NCBI GenBank assembly: GCA_965214605.1
Contig: OZ243961.1
Coordinates: 32,001-96,000, forward strand
Direction: 5' to 3'
Length of the DNA: 64,000 nucleotides
Origin: an uncultured Candidatus Binatia bacterium
GTDB lineage: Bacteria; Desulfobacterota; Binatia; Bin18
Shown: one piece after another, positions 8,772 through 19,135 of the stretch
Layout of the letters: each line of letters begins with the position of its first letter
Numbering within the stretch: position 1 is the stretch's first letter
Notes under the pieces: model-generated
The model's input: the letters and a program-made list of their open reading frames with translations, nothing else
Databases searched by the model: none
Told to the model about the DNA's origin: nothing
Translations under genes and position numbers: made by a program

Positions 8772-10484
8772 TTAACGGGTGGCCAACGGGCCGCGCAGCA
8801 GTTGGCCGGGGAGAGTACCGGTGTGCTCATTGTTGCGCAGGACGACCTCACCGTTGACAATGGTGGCCAGAAAGCCGTCGGCTTTTTGCTTCAGACGTCG
8901 GGCGCCAGCCGGCAGATCGTAGGTCAGGGTCGGCACTTGTGGTGCAACCCTCTCGGGATCAAAGATCACCACGTCTGCCTGCCAGCCCTCGCGCAACAGA
9001 CCGCGGCCGGTTAAGCCCCAGTGTGAGGCCGGCACAAAGCTGAGCTGCCGCACCGCTTCTTCTAAGCTCATCGCCTCCTGCTCTCGCACCCAGTAGCTCA
9101 GCAGGTGGGTTTGCAGCGACGAATCCATGATCTGTGACACGTGAGCGCCGGAGTCGGAGAAGGTGATGACCGAGCGGGGGTGGCGCATCATCTCCAGGAC
9201 GTGATCGTTGTTGGTGTTGGTCAAGGGCTGCATGAAGAAGCGTTTCAAGCCCTTTTCCAGGGCTAGGTCAATGTAGACTTCGATCGGATCGTGACCGCGT
9301 TCCTGGGCAATTTCCTGAAGCGACTGGTAGGGCGGGACGGCCCGGTCCATAATTGGAAAGAGCCACTTAAAATTAGCCGCCCGAGCCTCGGCACCAACCG
9401 CGCGGCTGCGGTCCTGAGGCGGGTTGTTGGCCGATTCAATCAGCTGACGGCGCAGGGCGGGATTGCGCAGGGCGGCTTCCTGCTCGGCGAGCGGCCGGCT
9501 GCGGATGTCGCGCCACACCGGCAGTTTGTCGAACGAGGTGGTGGTTTCAAACGACTGCAACACGCTGATAGAGCGGCTATGGACCTGCACGAAGATACGT
9601 CCCCCGGCTTCGGCCGTCTCGTCGGCCAGGGCAAAGAATGGCCGCCAGTAGTCGGGCGCTTTGGGGGCGCTGAACATTCCGTAGGTGACTGGGACGCCGC
9701 TCTCAACAGCGAGCGCTTTGAGGCGATCCAGGTAATCCTGGATGCGGTCCGGGTTCAGACCGGTGTCTTCGCCGGCAATTTCAAACACGCCGGTTCCCAT
9801 CTCGCCCATGGTGCCGACGAGCTGCCGAACTTCTTCCCAGCTCGCTAACCGACTGGCAACCGGTTGGCCGTCGGGGGTCTGATGGTTGCGCGTCCGCGAG
9901 GTGGTAAAGCCAATCGCGCCGGCTCGCATCGCAGCTCGAATTTCGTTCTTCATCGCCTCCAGGTCGCCGTCGCTGGCCTCGTCGGTAAAGGCGCGCTCAC
10001 CCATGATGTGGGTACGCAGCGCCGAGTGGCCCATGTAGGCGGCGTAGTTAATCCCCTTGGGCAGGCGCTCAACCGCGTCGAGGTATTCAGGGAAAGTCGT
10101 CCAGCTCCAGCGGATGCCGGCTTCCATAGCCTCGGGCGAGATGTCTTCGGCCCGCTCCAGGTTGCGCATCACCATGAGCTTTTTTTCCTCACTGCACGGG
10201 GCCAGCGAGAAACCGCAGTTGCCCATGACGACGCTGGTAATGCCGTGCCAGCACGAGCAAGTGCCAAGGGGATCCCAGAAGACCTGGGCGTCCATATGGG
10301 TGTGACCGTCGATGAACCCCGGGGTGACCACATAGCCCTCGGCGTCAATGACTTCCTTGGCACTGTCACGAATTTTTCCGATTGTCGCGATTTTTCCCGA
10401 GACAATCCCGACATCGGCCCGAAAGCGCGGCATGCCCGAGCCGTCAACAACGCGGCCATTGCGAATCACTAGGTCGTAGAGCAT
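8772..10484 (-). CDS. N-acyl-D-amino-acid deacylase-like amidohydrolase
   Basis: PGFIDGHTH.DAQVFWDP, GNCG, SDSGAH, ADVVIFDP; RBS aaggagg. Confidence 0.9.
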   Translation of the reverse strand: MLYDLVIRNGRVVDGSGMPRFRADVGIVSGKIATIGKIRDSAKEVIDAEGYVVTPGFIDGHTHMDAQVFWDPLGTCSCWHGITSVVMGNCGFSLAPCSEEKKLMVMRNLERAEDISPEAMEAGIRWSWTTFPEYLDAVERLPKGINYAAYMGHSALRTHIMGERAFTDEASDGDLEAMKNEIRAAMRAGAIGFTTSRTRNHQTPDGQPVASRLASWEEVRQLVGTMGEMGTGVFEIAGEDTGLNPDRIQDYLDRLKALAVESGVPVTYGMFSAPKAPDYWRPFFALADETAEAGGRIFVQVHSRSISVLQSFETTTSFDKLPVWRDIRSRPLAEQEAALRNPALRRQLIESANNPPQDRSRAVGAEARAANFKWLFPIMDRAVPPYQSLQEIAQERGHDPIEVYIDLALEKGLKRFFMQPLTNTNNDHVLEMMRHPRSVITFSDSGAHVSQIMDSSLQTHLLSYWVREQEAMSLEEAVRQLSFVPASHWGLTGRGLLREGWQADVVIFDPERVAPQVPTLTYDLPAGARRLKQKADGFLATIVNGEVVLRNNEHTGTLPGQLLRGPLATR

Positions 10485-10506
10485 GGTTTTTCCCTCCTTA
10501 AGCCGC

Positions 10507-12249
10507 TCAGGCGCTTCGACTCAGGCCGTGGCGCAGCAGTTGGCCCGGCGTCGCTCCGGTGCAGTCGCCGTCCTTAAAGGTCAGCTGACCGTTGACGATA
10601 ATGGCGTGATACCCCTTGGCCCGCTGCACCCGGCGCCATTCTCCGCCGGGGAAGTCGTAGGAGATCTCACCGATCCAGTCCGGCTCAATGCCCAGACCGT
10701 GCAGGTCGTAGACTATGACATCGGCCGCCGCGCCCGGTTTGAGTACCCCACGATCACGGAAGCCCGCGGCCTTGGCCGGCAGGGCGGATAGCCGATAGTG
10801 GGCTTCTTCCAGGGTGATGCGCTGTTCGTCACGGACCAGCCAGTGCAAAAAGTCGGTGGTGAAGGCTCCGCCGGTAAAAAACTTGGTATGCGCGCCACCG
10901 TCTGACACGCCGGGGAAGGTGTAGTCAGAGTCGTTAATCATCTCGGCCATATACTGGGCGTTGAAGCCCTTGTTGGGGCCGAGGAACTCCACGTTGAGAT
11001 CGCTGGCCAGCGACAGGTCGAGCATCACGTCAATCGGTGTCTTGTTTTCTTCTTCGGCGATCTGGCCGAGTGATTTGCCGATGTATTTTTCGAGAGCGGT
11101 CTGATTGTTGACGCTCTGGACGAGTAGGCTGGGAATAGCCCCACCGACCCCGGCCTGAATGATCTGGAGGCGACGGTCGGCCTCCTCGGCCTCGCGTTTG
11201 ACGGCTTCGCGCAGGGCCGGGTTGCGTATCTTGTCCAGCTTTTCCTGCTTGGTGCCAGTCGTCAACTCGCGCCAGGCCGGACTGGCATCGTAGAGGTTCC
11301 AGTGTTCCAGAGTGAAGGCGAACCCGGTTCGGATCGTTCCGGTCTGACCATAGATGGGCAGACCCTGGGCTCGGCAGCGCTCCAGCCAATCCAGGCTACG
11401 GCGGTGCACTTTAGGGTCTTTACGGGCCGGGACAATGGCGTTGTGCAAGATCGGCCGTTTGGCTGTGGCAGCCAATTTTTCCAGGAAGCGCAGGTCGGCT
11501 TTGATATTGCCAGTGGCTTGGGTGATCTGGATGAAGCCGTCCCCGCGTTCGCTCAGCACCTCGCCCAGATTCAGGATATCGGCGTCAGCCATCGTATCGG
11601 TAACCATTGGCGAGCCGTCATAGTCGGCCTGGGTCGAGTCGGGGCCGAGGCGCTGAATGGAGAAGCCGCACAGGCCGGTGTCCATGCCCTCATGCAGCAG
11701 GCGCTTCATCTCCTGGCGTTCGTCCACAGTCGCCGGCCGGCTCTTGGCCGCCTCAAGACCCATGACGTAGGTCATCAGCGACGCGGTTGGCATGTACTGA
11801 ATACAATTCACTCCCTTGGGCGAGCGGTCCAAGGAGTCCAGATATTGGGGAATGGTTTCCCAGTCCCAGTTCATCCCCACTTTCATGGATTCGTAGGGAA
11901 TCGCCTCGGTCCGGGTCATGGTGAGCATGGAGCGTTCCCGAAAATTGGGTTTGACCGGGGCAAAGCCAAAGCCGCAATTGCCCAGCACCACCGAGGTCAC
12001 GCCGTGCCAGCCGGAGATGGTGCAGTAGGGGTCCCAGCGAATCTGGGCGTCGTAGTGGGTGTGCAGATCAATAAAACCGGGGGCGACAATCAGGCCGTCG
12101 GCATCGATGGTCTGCTTGGCAAAACCGGGGGCATCGGTGCCAATGTGGGCGATTTTTCCGTCTGTGATCCAGATATCGGCCCGCCGGCGTGGAGCCCGGC
12201 TGCCGTCAACTAGGGTGCCACCTGTGATGTGCAGATCGTATTCCGCCAT
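10507..12249 (-). CDS. N-acyl-D-amino-acid deacylase-like amidohydrolase (tandem paralog)
   Basis: PGFIDLHTHYDAQIRWDP, GNCG, SDGGAH; start MAEYDL after RBS aaggagg. Confidence 0.9.
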   Translation of the reverse strand: MAEYDLHITGGTLVDGSRAPRRRADIWITDGKIAHIGTDAPGFAKQTIDADGLIVAPGFIDLHTHYDAQIRWDPYCTISGWHGVTSVVLGNCGFGFAPVKPNFRERSMLTMTRTEAIPYESMKVGMNWDWETIPQYLDSLDRSPKGVNCIQYMPTASLMTYVMGLEAAKSRPATVDERQEMKRLLHEGMDTGLCGFSIQRLGPDSTQADYDGSPMVTDTMADADILNLGEVLSERGDGFIQITQATGNIKADLRFLEKLAATAKRPILHNAIVPARKDPKVHRRSLDWLERCRAQGLPIYGQTGTIRTGFAFTLEHWNLYDASPAWRELTTGTKQEKLDKIRNPALREAVKREAEEADRRLQIIQAGVGGAIPSLLVQSVNNQTALEKYIGKSLGQIAEEENKTPIDVMLDLSLASDLNVEFLGPNKGFNAQYMAEMINDSDYTFPGVSDGGAHTKFFTGGAFTTDFLHWLVRDEQRITLEEAHYRLSALPAKAAGFRDRGVLKPGAAADVIVYDLHGLGIEPDWIGEISYDFPGGEWRRVQRAKGYHAIIVNGQLTFKDGDCTGATPGQLLRHGLSRSA

Positions 12250-12449
12250 GCTTCCCTCCTTACGGTACAGCGTGCTTAGAACCGTTCCGTTGGTACCTGA
12301 ACGATCATTCACCTATAGAATTCCCGACCAAAAGGCAAGTCGGGCTGCGCCTTTTCGCAGAAATACGCGGGCTTTCCCAGAGTCATCCGGCTTTCTGCCC
12401 ACGATGCTAGCGGTGGCTTGCCAAGCGCGCGCCATATCCCCCGCTACTT

Positions 12450-13070
12450 CCCTGTCTTCCATAACGTGGCTGCTCTTTCCGCAAGTCCACGAGCCTGTCC
12501 TGATGCGGGCAATTGCATCAGGCGGGGCGCATGACGATTGCCGGACACTTTCCGCTTCACGCCACGCTCGCCGAAGTCCACATGTGTCGACCCTGTACTG
12601 CTGTCCATATTCGGGAAGGTCGGCTACGCCCGACGGGATGAGGTACGGGAAGAATCTCACCTCCATATCCCCTACGGCGCCTTTGAGGGAGATCAGCGTT
12701 GTTCTATTAAGCCGGATGTCGAAGGGTGGACTCGGCAGGCGGCTCTCCGGAATCGCCGGAGATAACAGACTCGTACGCCGACCGATACGTTCCTAGGCGA
12801 TGCCGCTTCATCCTTGAGAATGCCAACTCGTCTTCCCAAAGCCCTCCTTCGCCGACTGGCCGGTCCTGATTGTGGCGGGAGGGTGGATAGGCAGAGATTG
12901 CCACATATCTCGCGCCACGTCGCAACCCAGGCGAAGGAAAAATCCGGATTCCGGTATGCCGTCCATCTTCAGGAAAGTCGCCCCAATATCAGCAGCGTTC
13001 GGTTCTCGACCTCGCCCGCGTACGTGTCAAAGGCGGACTGAATGACGAGACGGGTGTTGACGATTCCCTG
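12450..13070 (-). pseudogene. Frameshifted remnant with two tandem copies of an unnamed ~100-aa module
   Basis: Read across frames. Copy 1: VIQSAFDTY..GDFPEDG..NPDFSF..IC..ATIRTGQ..GEGGLWE. Copy 2: PAEST/FDIRLN..VRFFPYLIP..ADLPEYGQQY..DF..IARIRTGS..LWK. Confidence 0.6.
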
Positions 13071-13799
13071 ATTGGTCCGCCACACCTCAATGGGAGAGGA
13101 CGACGGTGAAACACGACCTGATCGTTTCGGACACGAACGTCGTTCGACAGAGAAGCAGCGCATCCCAAGAGCATCGGTGCGCCCAGCCACAAAACGCACT
13201 CGGCCAACTTGGGCCGCCCACCGTGCTCGCCCGATAGCAACGACGGCCGCGCCGACCACCGCCGACGCGAAAAAGGCGTCTCGCGGTTTGTCGTCCGCCG
13301 TGCCAAGTGGCGGTATCAGCCAGAAGTTGCTAATGTTCCTCCTAACGACCGCTAGCTTTTGCCAACCCAGTTCTCCGCAGCCCGCGCACTGATACTGCCT
13401 AAGCATCGTTCCCCTCTGCTCTGCTCGCCAACGTTTAGTGCGGCCCGCTGACGAGCAATGCCTTGCTCCCCCACCAATAGTGAGTCTTTTCCCATGTGGA
13501 GCTCTGCGCCTCTGGATTCGGCCCGCAACTTGCCGTCCCACTGATTTGGACTTTTTTCCCCTTTCAAAACTTCTCAGAGATCTTGTCCCAGACGGCCCCG
13601 GCGCATGGCCGCCTGCGTTACAAGCAGCGGGCGGATGAGGAAGGCAGAGAAGTGAGCCGTACTCCCCGGAGCAGCGGGACTATGGACGGAATCGCAACAC
13701 GCGTCCACATCTTGATGTCCGGGCCGACTGTCGGCGACACAGGCTCCAAATACTTCCCGCTGCGTCCGGCAGCACCATATGAGGCCGGTCATAAGGCCG

Positions 13800-14300
13800 C
13801 CCTCAACGACGAGGCCGTTCTTCAAGCGCACCGATCAGAGTCCGGCCGACAGTCCGATGGCACAAGACGCCCGCCAGCAGCAAAGAGATGCTCAGGTGTA
13901 GACCGCCGCACCATACAACAGCACACCATGGTGGACGGTCCGAAGCAGAGGCCGGAGATGGGGCCGGATTCTTCAGATATGAAGCGGAGTCGGGGGAAGT
14001 GCTGCCCTCCCGGCACTTCTGCAATACGTCTGTCCGTCTGCACAGCCTTGACGAGCATCACGCTCGCGGTCTCCGCCATCGTGGGACACCGCAGCGCAGC
14101 GGGTGCCGGACGCCTTGAACCTCTACAGGGCGTGGTTGAAATTGCTGACGGGCGAGCAGAACAGCAGCTTCCCGGCTCCGGACAAGACTACCGGGCCGAG
14201 GTCATACAATATCTCCGCAGTCTTGACGCCTTTTGAAAACCTGTTTCCCCGAACACGAAGTCCTCACCGCCGCGTCGCTTCTCGGAGGAGGGTCCGGGTA
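13800..14300 (-). pseudogene. Possible class I SAM-methyltransferase remnant
   Basis: Fragments EDFVFGET / GVKTAEILYDLG..SGAGKLLF..NFNHAL* / RLRFI lie in different frames and resemble MTase motif I. Confidence 0.3.
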
Positions 14301-14635
14301 ACCCCGGATCGTGCTCACTCCCTCCATCTTCAAGATGAGGAGGCGCCTTTGGACGGTCTCAATGCCCGCGTGCCGTAGCCTGCCCGCCGCTTGTGATCCA
14401 TGCCTCCCGCGTCCACGGCTTTGACCAGAGCGGTCACGGCTGCCGTTGTCCAGCCTCGGTGATCGTGTTCCGCCCCAAGAATCCGCAGGCCTGGCCGACG
14501 CAGTGAGCGAGAGACCTCTCCTTAGTTGTGGCAGAGGAGCGGTATGGACCAGCTCAGGTGCGGAGGAGGAAGTATGGGGTTTGGGTACAGCAGACTCTTT
14601 GATATGAGTGTCAGGCCAAAAGAAGGGAGGTCTTT

Positions 14636-15883
14636 ATGACCGATACGCCAAGCCCGACCGGCGGAGCAACATCCTTGGCCAGCCCGGTTGAGTTCAATCC
14701 CTTTGTGCCCGAGTTCCGGGAGAATCCCTACCGCTTCTACCGGCAATTACGTCAGGTTGATCCAGTGCACTGGAGCGACGCCTTCAACTTTTGGGTGCTG
14801 ACCCGCTATGCCGACTGCGTGCGCGTCTTGCGTCATTCCCAGGCCAGCGCCAATCCTCGCGACTGGGAGCGTTATAATGATTATATCGAAGCCATCGGCG
14901 GGGCAGGGGCGGCTGTCGATATGGAGCAACAATGGATGCTGCTCAGAAACCCGCCCGATCATACCCGGCTGCGCAAACTGGTGACCAAGGCGTTCACTCC
15001 GCGGGTGGTGGAGAGGATGCGGCCCCATATCCAGACGATTGTTGACGATCTGCTGGACCGGGCAGCGGCCAAGGGGAGCTGCGACATTATTCGCGAGCTG
15101 GCCTTTCCGCTGCCGGTCATTGTGATTGCCGAACTCATTGGCGTGCCGCTTGAAGACCGGGATCAGTTCAAAGACTGGACCGGGACGCTGGCCCGCTCAA
15201 TCGATCCGGTCGTCACGCCCGAAATCGTGCAGGCCGCCAACAGCGCGACCGAGTCCTTTATGGCATATTTTACCCGCCTGATCGCTGAGCGGCGGGCCAG
15301 GCCGCGGCAGGATATGCTCAGTGCCCTGATTGCCGTCGAAGAGGCCGGCGACCGGCTCAGTGAAGAGGAACTGTTGTCCAATATCATTCTCCTGTTTGCG
15401 GCTGGCCACGAGACGACGATGAATCTGATCGGCAACGGGCTGCTGGCCCTGTTGCGGCATCCAGACCAGTTGGCCAGACTTAGGGCGGACCCCGACCTCA
15501 TTCGGACCGCGGTTGAGGAGTTCTTACGCTACGATGGATCGGTGCAGATAACGGCCCGCGTTGCGCTCGACAAGCTCGAAATTGGCGGCAAGCGTATTCA
15601 GCAGAACCAACAGATCTTGATCGTGCTCGGCGCCGCCAACCATGACCCGGCGCAGTTTGCCGATCCTGACCGACTCGACATCACCCGCGAGGACAACCCG
15701 CATATCACCTTCGGCCATGGTATCCACCATTGTTTGGGTGCACCGCTAGCGCGGGTTGAAGCCCAGGTGGCGATCAATACTCTGCTGAGACGGATGCCTC
15801 GTCTGCGGCTGGCAAGAGACCAGGTTGAGTGGCGCGAAATGGTGACGCTGCGCGGGCTCAGAGAACTGGTCGTCACCTTCTGA
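14636..15883 (+). CDS. Cytochrome P450
   Basis: PPDHTRLR, AGHETT (I-helix), EFLR (ExxR), FGHGIHHCLG heme Cys; RBS ggagg. Confidence 0.97.
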   Translation: MTDTPSPTGGATSLASPVEFNPFVPEFRENPYRFYRQLRQVDPVHWSDAFNFWVLTRYADCVRVLRHSQASANPRDWERYNDYIEAIGGAGAAVDMEQQWMLLRNPPDHTRLRKLVTKAFTPRVVERMRPHIQTIVDDLLDRAAAKGSCDIIRELAFPLPVIVIAELIGVPLEDRDQFKDWTGTLARSIDPVVTPEIVQAANSATESFMAYFTRLIAERRARPRQDMLSALIAVEEAGDRLSEEELLSNIILLFAAGHETTMNLIGNGLLALLRHPDQLARLRADPDLIRTAVEEFLRYDGSVQITARVALDKLEIGGKRIQQNQQILIVLGAANHDPAQFADPDRLDITREDNPHITFGHGIHHCLGAPLARVEAQVAINTLLRRMPRLRLARDQVEWREMVTLRGLRELVVTF

Positions 15884-16934
15884 CGAAGGCGTCTTCCTTC
15901 ACGGGAGCCGTTGAAACCAGTTCTCCCCTCTCGTTATAGATGGTATCGCCTAGCGCGAAACTGGCTTCAATAAACTTCTTGGCGTAGGCCCCACAGGTAA
16001 TCGGCGGTTTTTTGACCGGATTGTCCGGCCCGCAACACGTCGGCAGGCAGTCAATAACGGTGTCGGACGCGGGTTGGAAGAAAAACGGAATTGAGTAACG
16101 GTGCGTGCCCGAGGTGTTGACCACCCGATGCGGGGTAGACAGTACCCGGCCGTTTGACCAGCGGGCCAACAGGTCGCCCGAGTTGACCACAAAGGCGTCC
16201 GGAATCAGCGGGGCTTTGATCCAGCGGCCGGACTGAGTCAGAATCTCCAAGCCGGGCTGCTCTGAGGTGGCTAACAGGGTGATGAATGAGCCGTCAGTGT
16301 GGGGGCAGATGTTGAACTGATTATCGTCAAGCGGGTCGGGCGGCATATGGGACACGCGTAGGACGTTCAAACAGCGCCCTTTGGGAAATTTGTCGGCAAA
16401 GAAATTCTCCGGCAGCCCCAACGCCTGGGCGTACAGCGGCAGCATGCGCAGGCTCAGGTCCTCTGTGGCCTCAAAGAACTCTTGCATAGCGGCTTGAAAT
16501 TCGGGTTGACCCGCAGGCCATTGGTTGCGGCTGTGGGGCAGGCATGTCCCCCAGTCGCGCTGGAGGAGAAAGGCTTCGCTCAGGTCCGGTTTTTTGGTCC
16601 CAGTATAATAGCGGGAGTTTTTGCCGAACTCGCCCCTCTGCGGGATATAGCCCAGCCCGGCCCGGTTGATCTTGAGCGTCATTTTTGCTTCCAACGGCAG
16701 CGCGTAGAAACGGGTGGTGGCCTTGACCGTCCGCTCGCGCACGGCTTTGGCAATCCCGTGATTAATAATGAAGAAGAAACCGATACGTTCGAGCGCATAG
16801 CACATCTCGGCCGCAGTCGTCTCGGCTGCCCCGGGTCTGGCCCTCAGATAGGGGCCGAGATCAATGACCGGAATCTCTTCGTCGGTCACCGCATAGTCGT
16901 GTTGGAGTTGGCGCTTCTGCCGGGATGTCTGCAT
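15873..16934 (-). CDS. 2OG-Fe(II) oxygenase, isopenicillin N synthase/DIOX family
   Basis: IPVIDL, GFFFIINHG, HTD...H facial triad, RYS motif; RBS aaggag. Confidence 0.92.
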   Translation of the reverse strand: MQTSRQKRQLQHDYAVTDEEIPVIDLGPYLRARPGAAETTAAEMCYALERIGFFFIINHGIAKAVRERTVKATTRFYALPLEAKMTLKINRAGLGYIPQRGEFGKNSRYYTGTKKPDLSEAFLLQRDWGTCLPHSRNQWPAGQPEFQAAMQEFFEATEDLSLRMLPLYAQALGLPENFFADKFPKGRCLNVLRVSHMPPDPLDDNQFNICPHTDGSFITLLATSEQPGLEILTQSGRWIKAPLIPDAFVVNSGDLLARWSNGRVLSTPHRVVNTSGTHRYSIPFFFQPASDTVIDCLPTCCGPDNPVKKPPITCGAYAKKFIEASFALGDTIYNERGELVSTAPVKEDAFVRR

Positions 16935-17058
16935 GCGGATCTCCTTCACCCTTCCGGCTTTGTAGCACAGTCCGCTAGCAGCCCGCTAGCCCAACATGAT
17001 ATGGGGGCAGGGGAGTCTGAGACTTGGCCTGACCGTACAGAGCGGGGGTGGAATACGC

Positions 17059-19134
17059 ATGGCCGTCTACAACCTTGGGATTGACGTCGGTGGGACCTTC
17101 ACTGATCTGGTGTGCGCCGATCAAACGGGTCATATTGAGACCCTCAAGGTTTTGTCCACCGCTGAAAACCAGGCCATTGGCGTCCTCAGTGGGATTGAGA
17201 AATTGGCGGCCAAGTATGGACTCGACAGCCCGCAGCTGCTGAGCCAAATCTCAACCATTGTGCACGGCACGACTGTTGCCACCAACACGATGTTGGAATA
17301 CACCGGGGCACATACCGGGTTGATCACCACGGCCGGATTCCGCGACATCATCGAGATCCGGCGCAACTACAAAGAGACCGCTTTTGATATTCGGCTACCT
17401 GCCCCACACCCCATTGTCCCGCGCCGGCGTCGGTTGGGCGTCACCGAACGGATTGACGCAGCCGGGGTCATTGTCAAACCACTCGTCGAGGACGAGGTCC
17501 GGGCTGCGGTCCGGCGTTTGGCCGACATGCAGGTGGAGGCAATCGCCGTTGCCTATCTGTTTTCGTTCGTCAACCCGGTGCATGAGCTGCGCACGCGCGA
17601 CATCATTCGTGAGATCTGCCCCGACGTGTATATCAGCCTGTCGTCTGAAATCTTGCCCCAAGTCCGAGAGTTCGAGCGCCTCAGTACCACTCTGGTTGAC
17701 GCCTATGTGACCCCCCGGCTGCGGGTCTACCTGCAGCGGCTGGAAAAAGAACTCCGGGCGCGCGGATTTCAGGGTCAGCTCTTCATTATGCATGGCAACG
17801 GCGGGATAGCCGGTATACGGCAGGCCAGTCGGCACGGCGTCCAAGCTCTGCTGTCCGGACCGGCCAGCGGTGTTGTCGCAGGAGCCCGGCTTGGTCAGGG
17901 TTCAGGGTTTCGTAATGTCATTACCGTTGATATGGGCGGGACGAGCTTTGATGTGTGTCTGGTCCAAGACGGACGGCCCAAGATCGGTACCGATCAGTGG
18001 ATTAGCCGCTATCGGGTCGCGGTCCCGTTTATCGATATTCACACCATTGGGGCCGGGGGCGGCAGCATTGCCTGGGTCGATGAGGGCGGTGCCCTGCGTG
18101 TCGGCCCACGCAGTGCTCGGGCGCATCCAGGGCCGGCCTGCTACGGATTTGGTGGACAAGAGCCCACGGTCACCGATGCCGACGTGGTCTTGGGCTACCT
18201 CAATCCCGATTCTTTTCTGGGCGGAGAGATGCGGCTCAATGCGGCGGCCGCCGAGCGGGCGATTCTCACCAAAATTGCCCAACCGCTCGACATGTCTCTC
18301 CTCGAAGCGGCGAGTGGGATCTTTCGGATCGTGAATAACAGCATGAGCAACAGCGTGCGCCAGGTCTCCCTGGCCAAGGGCTATGACCCGCGCGATTTTG
18401 CGCTCACGGCGTTTGGCGGGGCTGGAGCAGTCCACGCAGGGGCGCTGGTCGATGCTCTCGGCATTCGGACGATTGTTGTCCCCAAAAGTACCGCCCCGGT
18501 GCTGTGCGCGCTGGGCGACCTGTTGTCCGACCTGCGGGTAAGCCGGGTGCGAAGTTTTTATGCGCGCGGCAGTGAGCTTGATCTCGCTGAGCTAAATACG
18601 CTTTTCGAGCGGATACAAGCCGAAGCCGAGGAAGCACTCGGTGGTCAGCGCTCCCGATTGCACGCCGTCTTGGCCCGGTTCTCCCTAGACATGCGCTATG
18701 TCGGACAGACTCATGAGGTCACGGTCGAGGTGCCGAGCCCAGACGGCCGGGTCGGGCCGGCTGAGCTGGCTGCCGCGATTGACGGCTTCCACAGTCTTCA
18801 CCAACAGTTGTATACCTTCAACAAGCCACACGACGAGGTTGAGATCCTGAGCGTCCATTTGGACTTGGTCGGCGTCCGTCCCAAACCGCACTTCCAAACC
18901 GCCCGATTCGGGCCCGCTGACCCACGGGCGGCCTCCACAGGCCGACGGCCGGTATATTTTGTTTCTGCCCTCGACTATGTAGACACCGACATCTATGACG
19001 GCGATCGGGTCGTGGCGGGGAATGTGATCGAGGGACCGGCGGTGATTGAAGAGCAACAAACCTCAATTGTGATTTTGCCGGGCCAACGCGCTAAGCTCAA
19101 CGAACACCTCAGCTACCTTATTGAGGTCTTATAA
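17059..19134 (+). CDS. Hydantoinase/oxoprolinase A subunit
   Basis: GIDVGGTFTD, HGTTVATN, SGPASG, DMGGTSFD, GAGGGSIA. Confidence 0.95.
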   Translation: MAVYNLGIDVGGTFTDLVCADQTGHIETLKVLSTAENQAIGVLSGIEKLAAKYGLDSPQLLSQISTIVHGTTVATNTMLEYTGAHTGLITTAGFRDIIEIRRNYKETAFDIRLPAPHPIVPRRRRLGVTERIDAAGVIVKPLVEDEVRAAVRRLADMQVEAIAVAYLFSFVNPVHELRTRDIIREICPDVYISLSSEILPQVREFERLSTTLVDAYVTPRLRVYLQRLEKELRARGFQGQLFIMHGNGGIAGIRQASRHGVQALLSGPASGVVAGARLGQGSGFRNVITVDMGGTSFDVCLVQDGRPKIGTDQWISRYRVAVPFIDIHTIGAGGGSIAWVDEGGALRVGPRSARAHPGPACYGFGGQEPTVTDADVVLGYLNPDSFLGGEMRLNAAAAERAILTKIAQPLDMSLLEAASGIFRIVNNSMSNSVRQVSLAKGYDPRDFALTAFGGAGAVHAGALVDALGIRTIVVPKSTAPVLCALGDLLSDLRVSRVRSFYARGSELDLAELNTLFERIQAEAEEALGGQRSRLHAVLARFSLDMRYVGQTHEVTVEVPSPDGRVGPAELAAAIDGFHSLHQQLYTFNKPHDEVEILSVHLDLVGVRPKPHFQTARFGPADPRAASTGRRPVYFVSALDYVDTDIYDGDRVVAGNVIEGPAVIEEQQTSIVILPGQRAKLNEHLSYLIEVL

Positions 19135-19135
19135 G

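Noticed and set aside
10485-10509. UGA readthrough fusing the two amidohydrolases
   Set aside because: An in-frame TAA follows two codons later, and the next gene is out of frame with its own RBS.
13496-14236. 246-aa plus-strand ORF
   Set aside because: No motif or RBS, R/S/P/G-rich composition, and it overlaps minus-strand pseudogene fragments.
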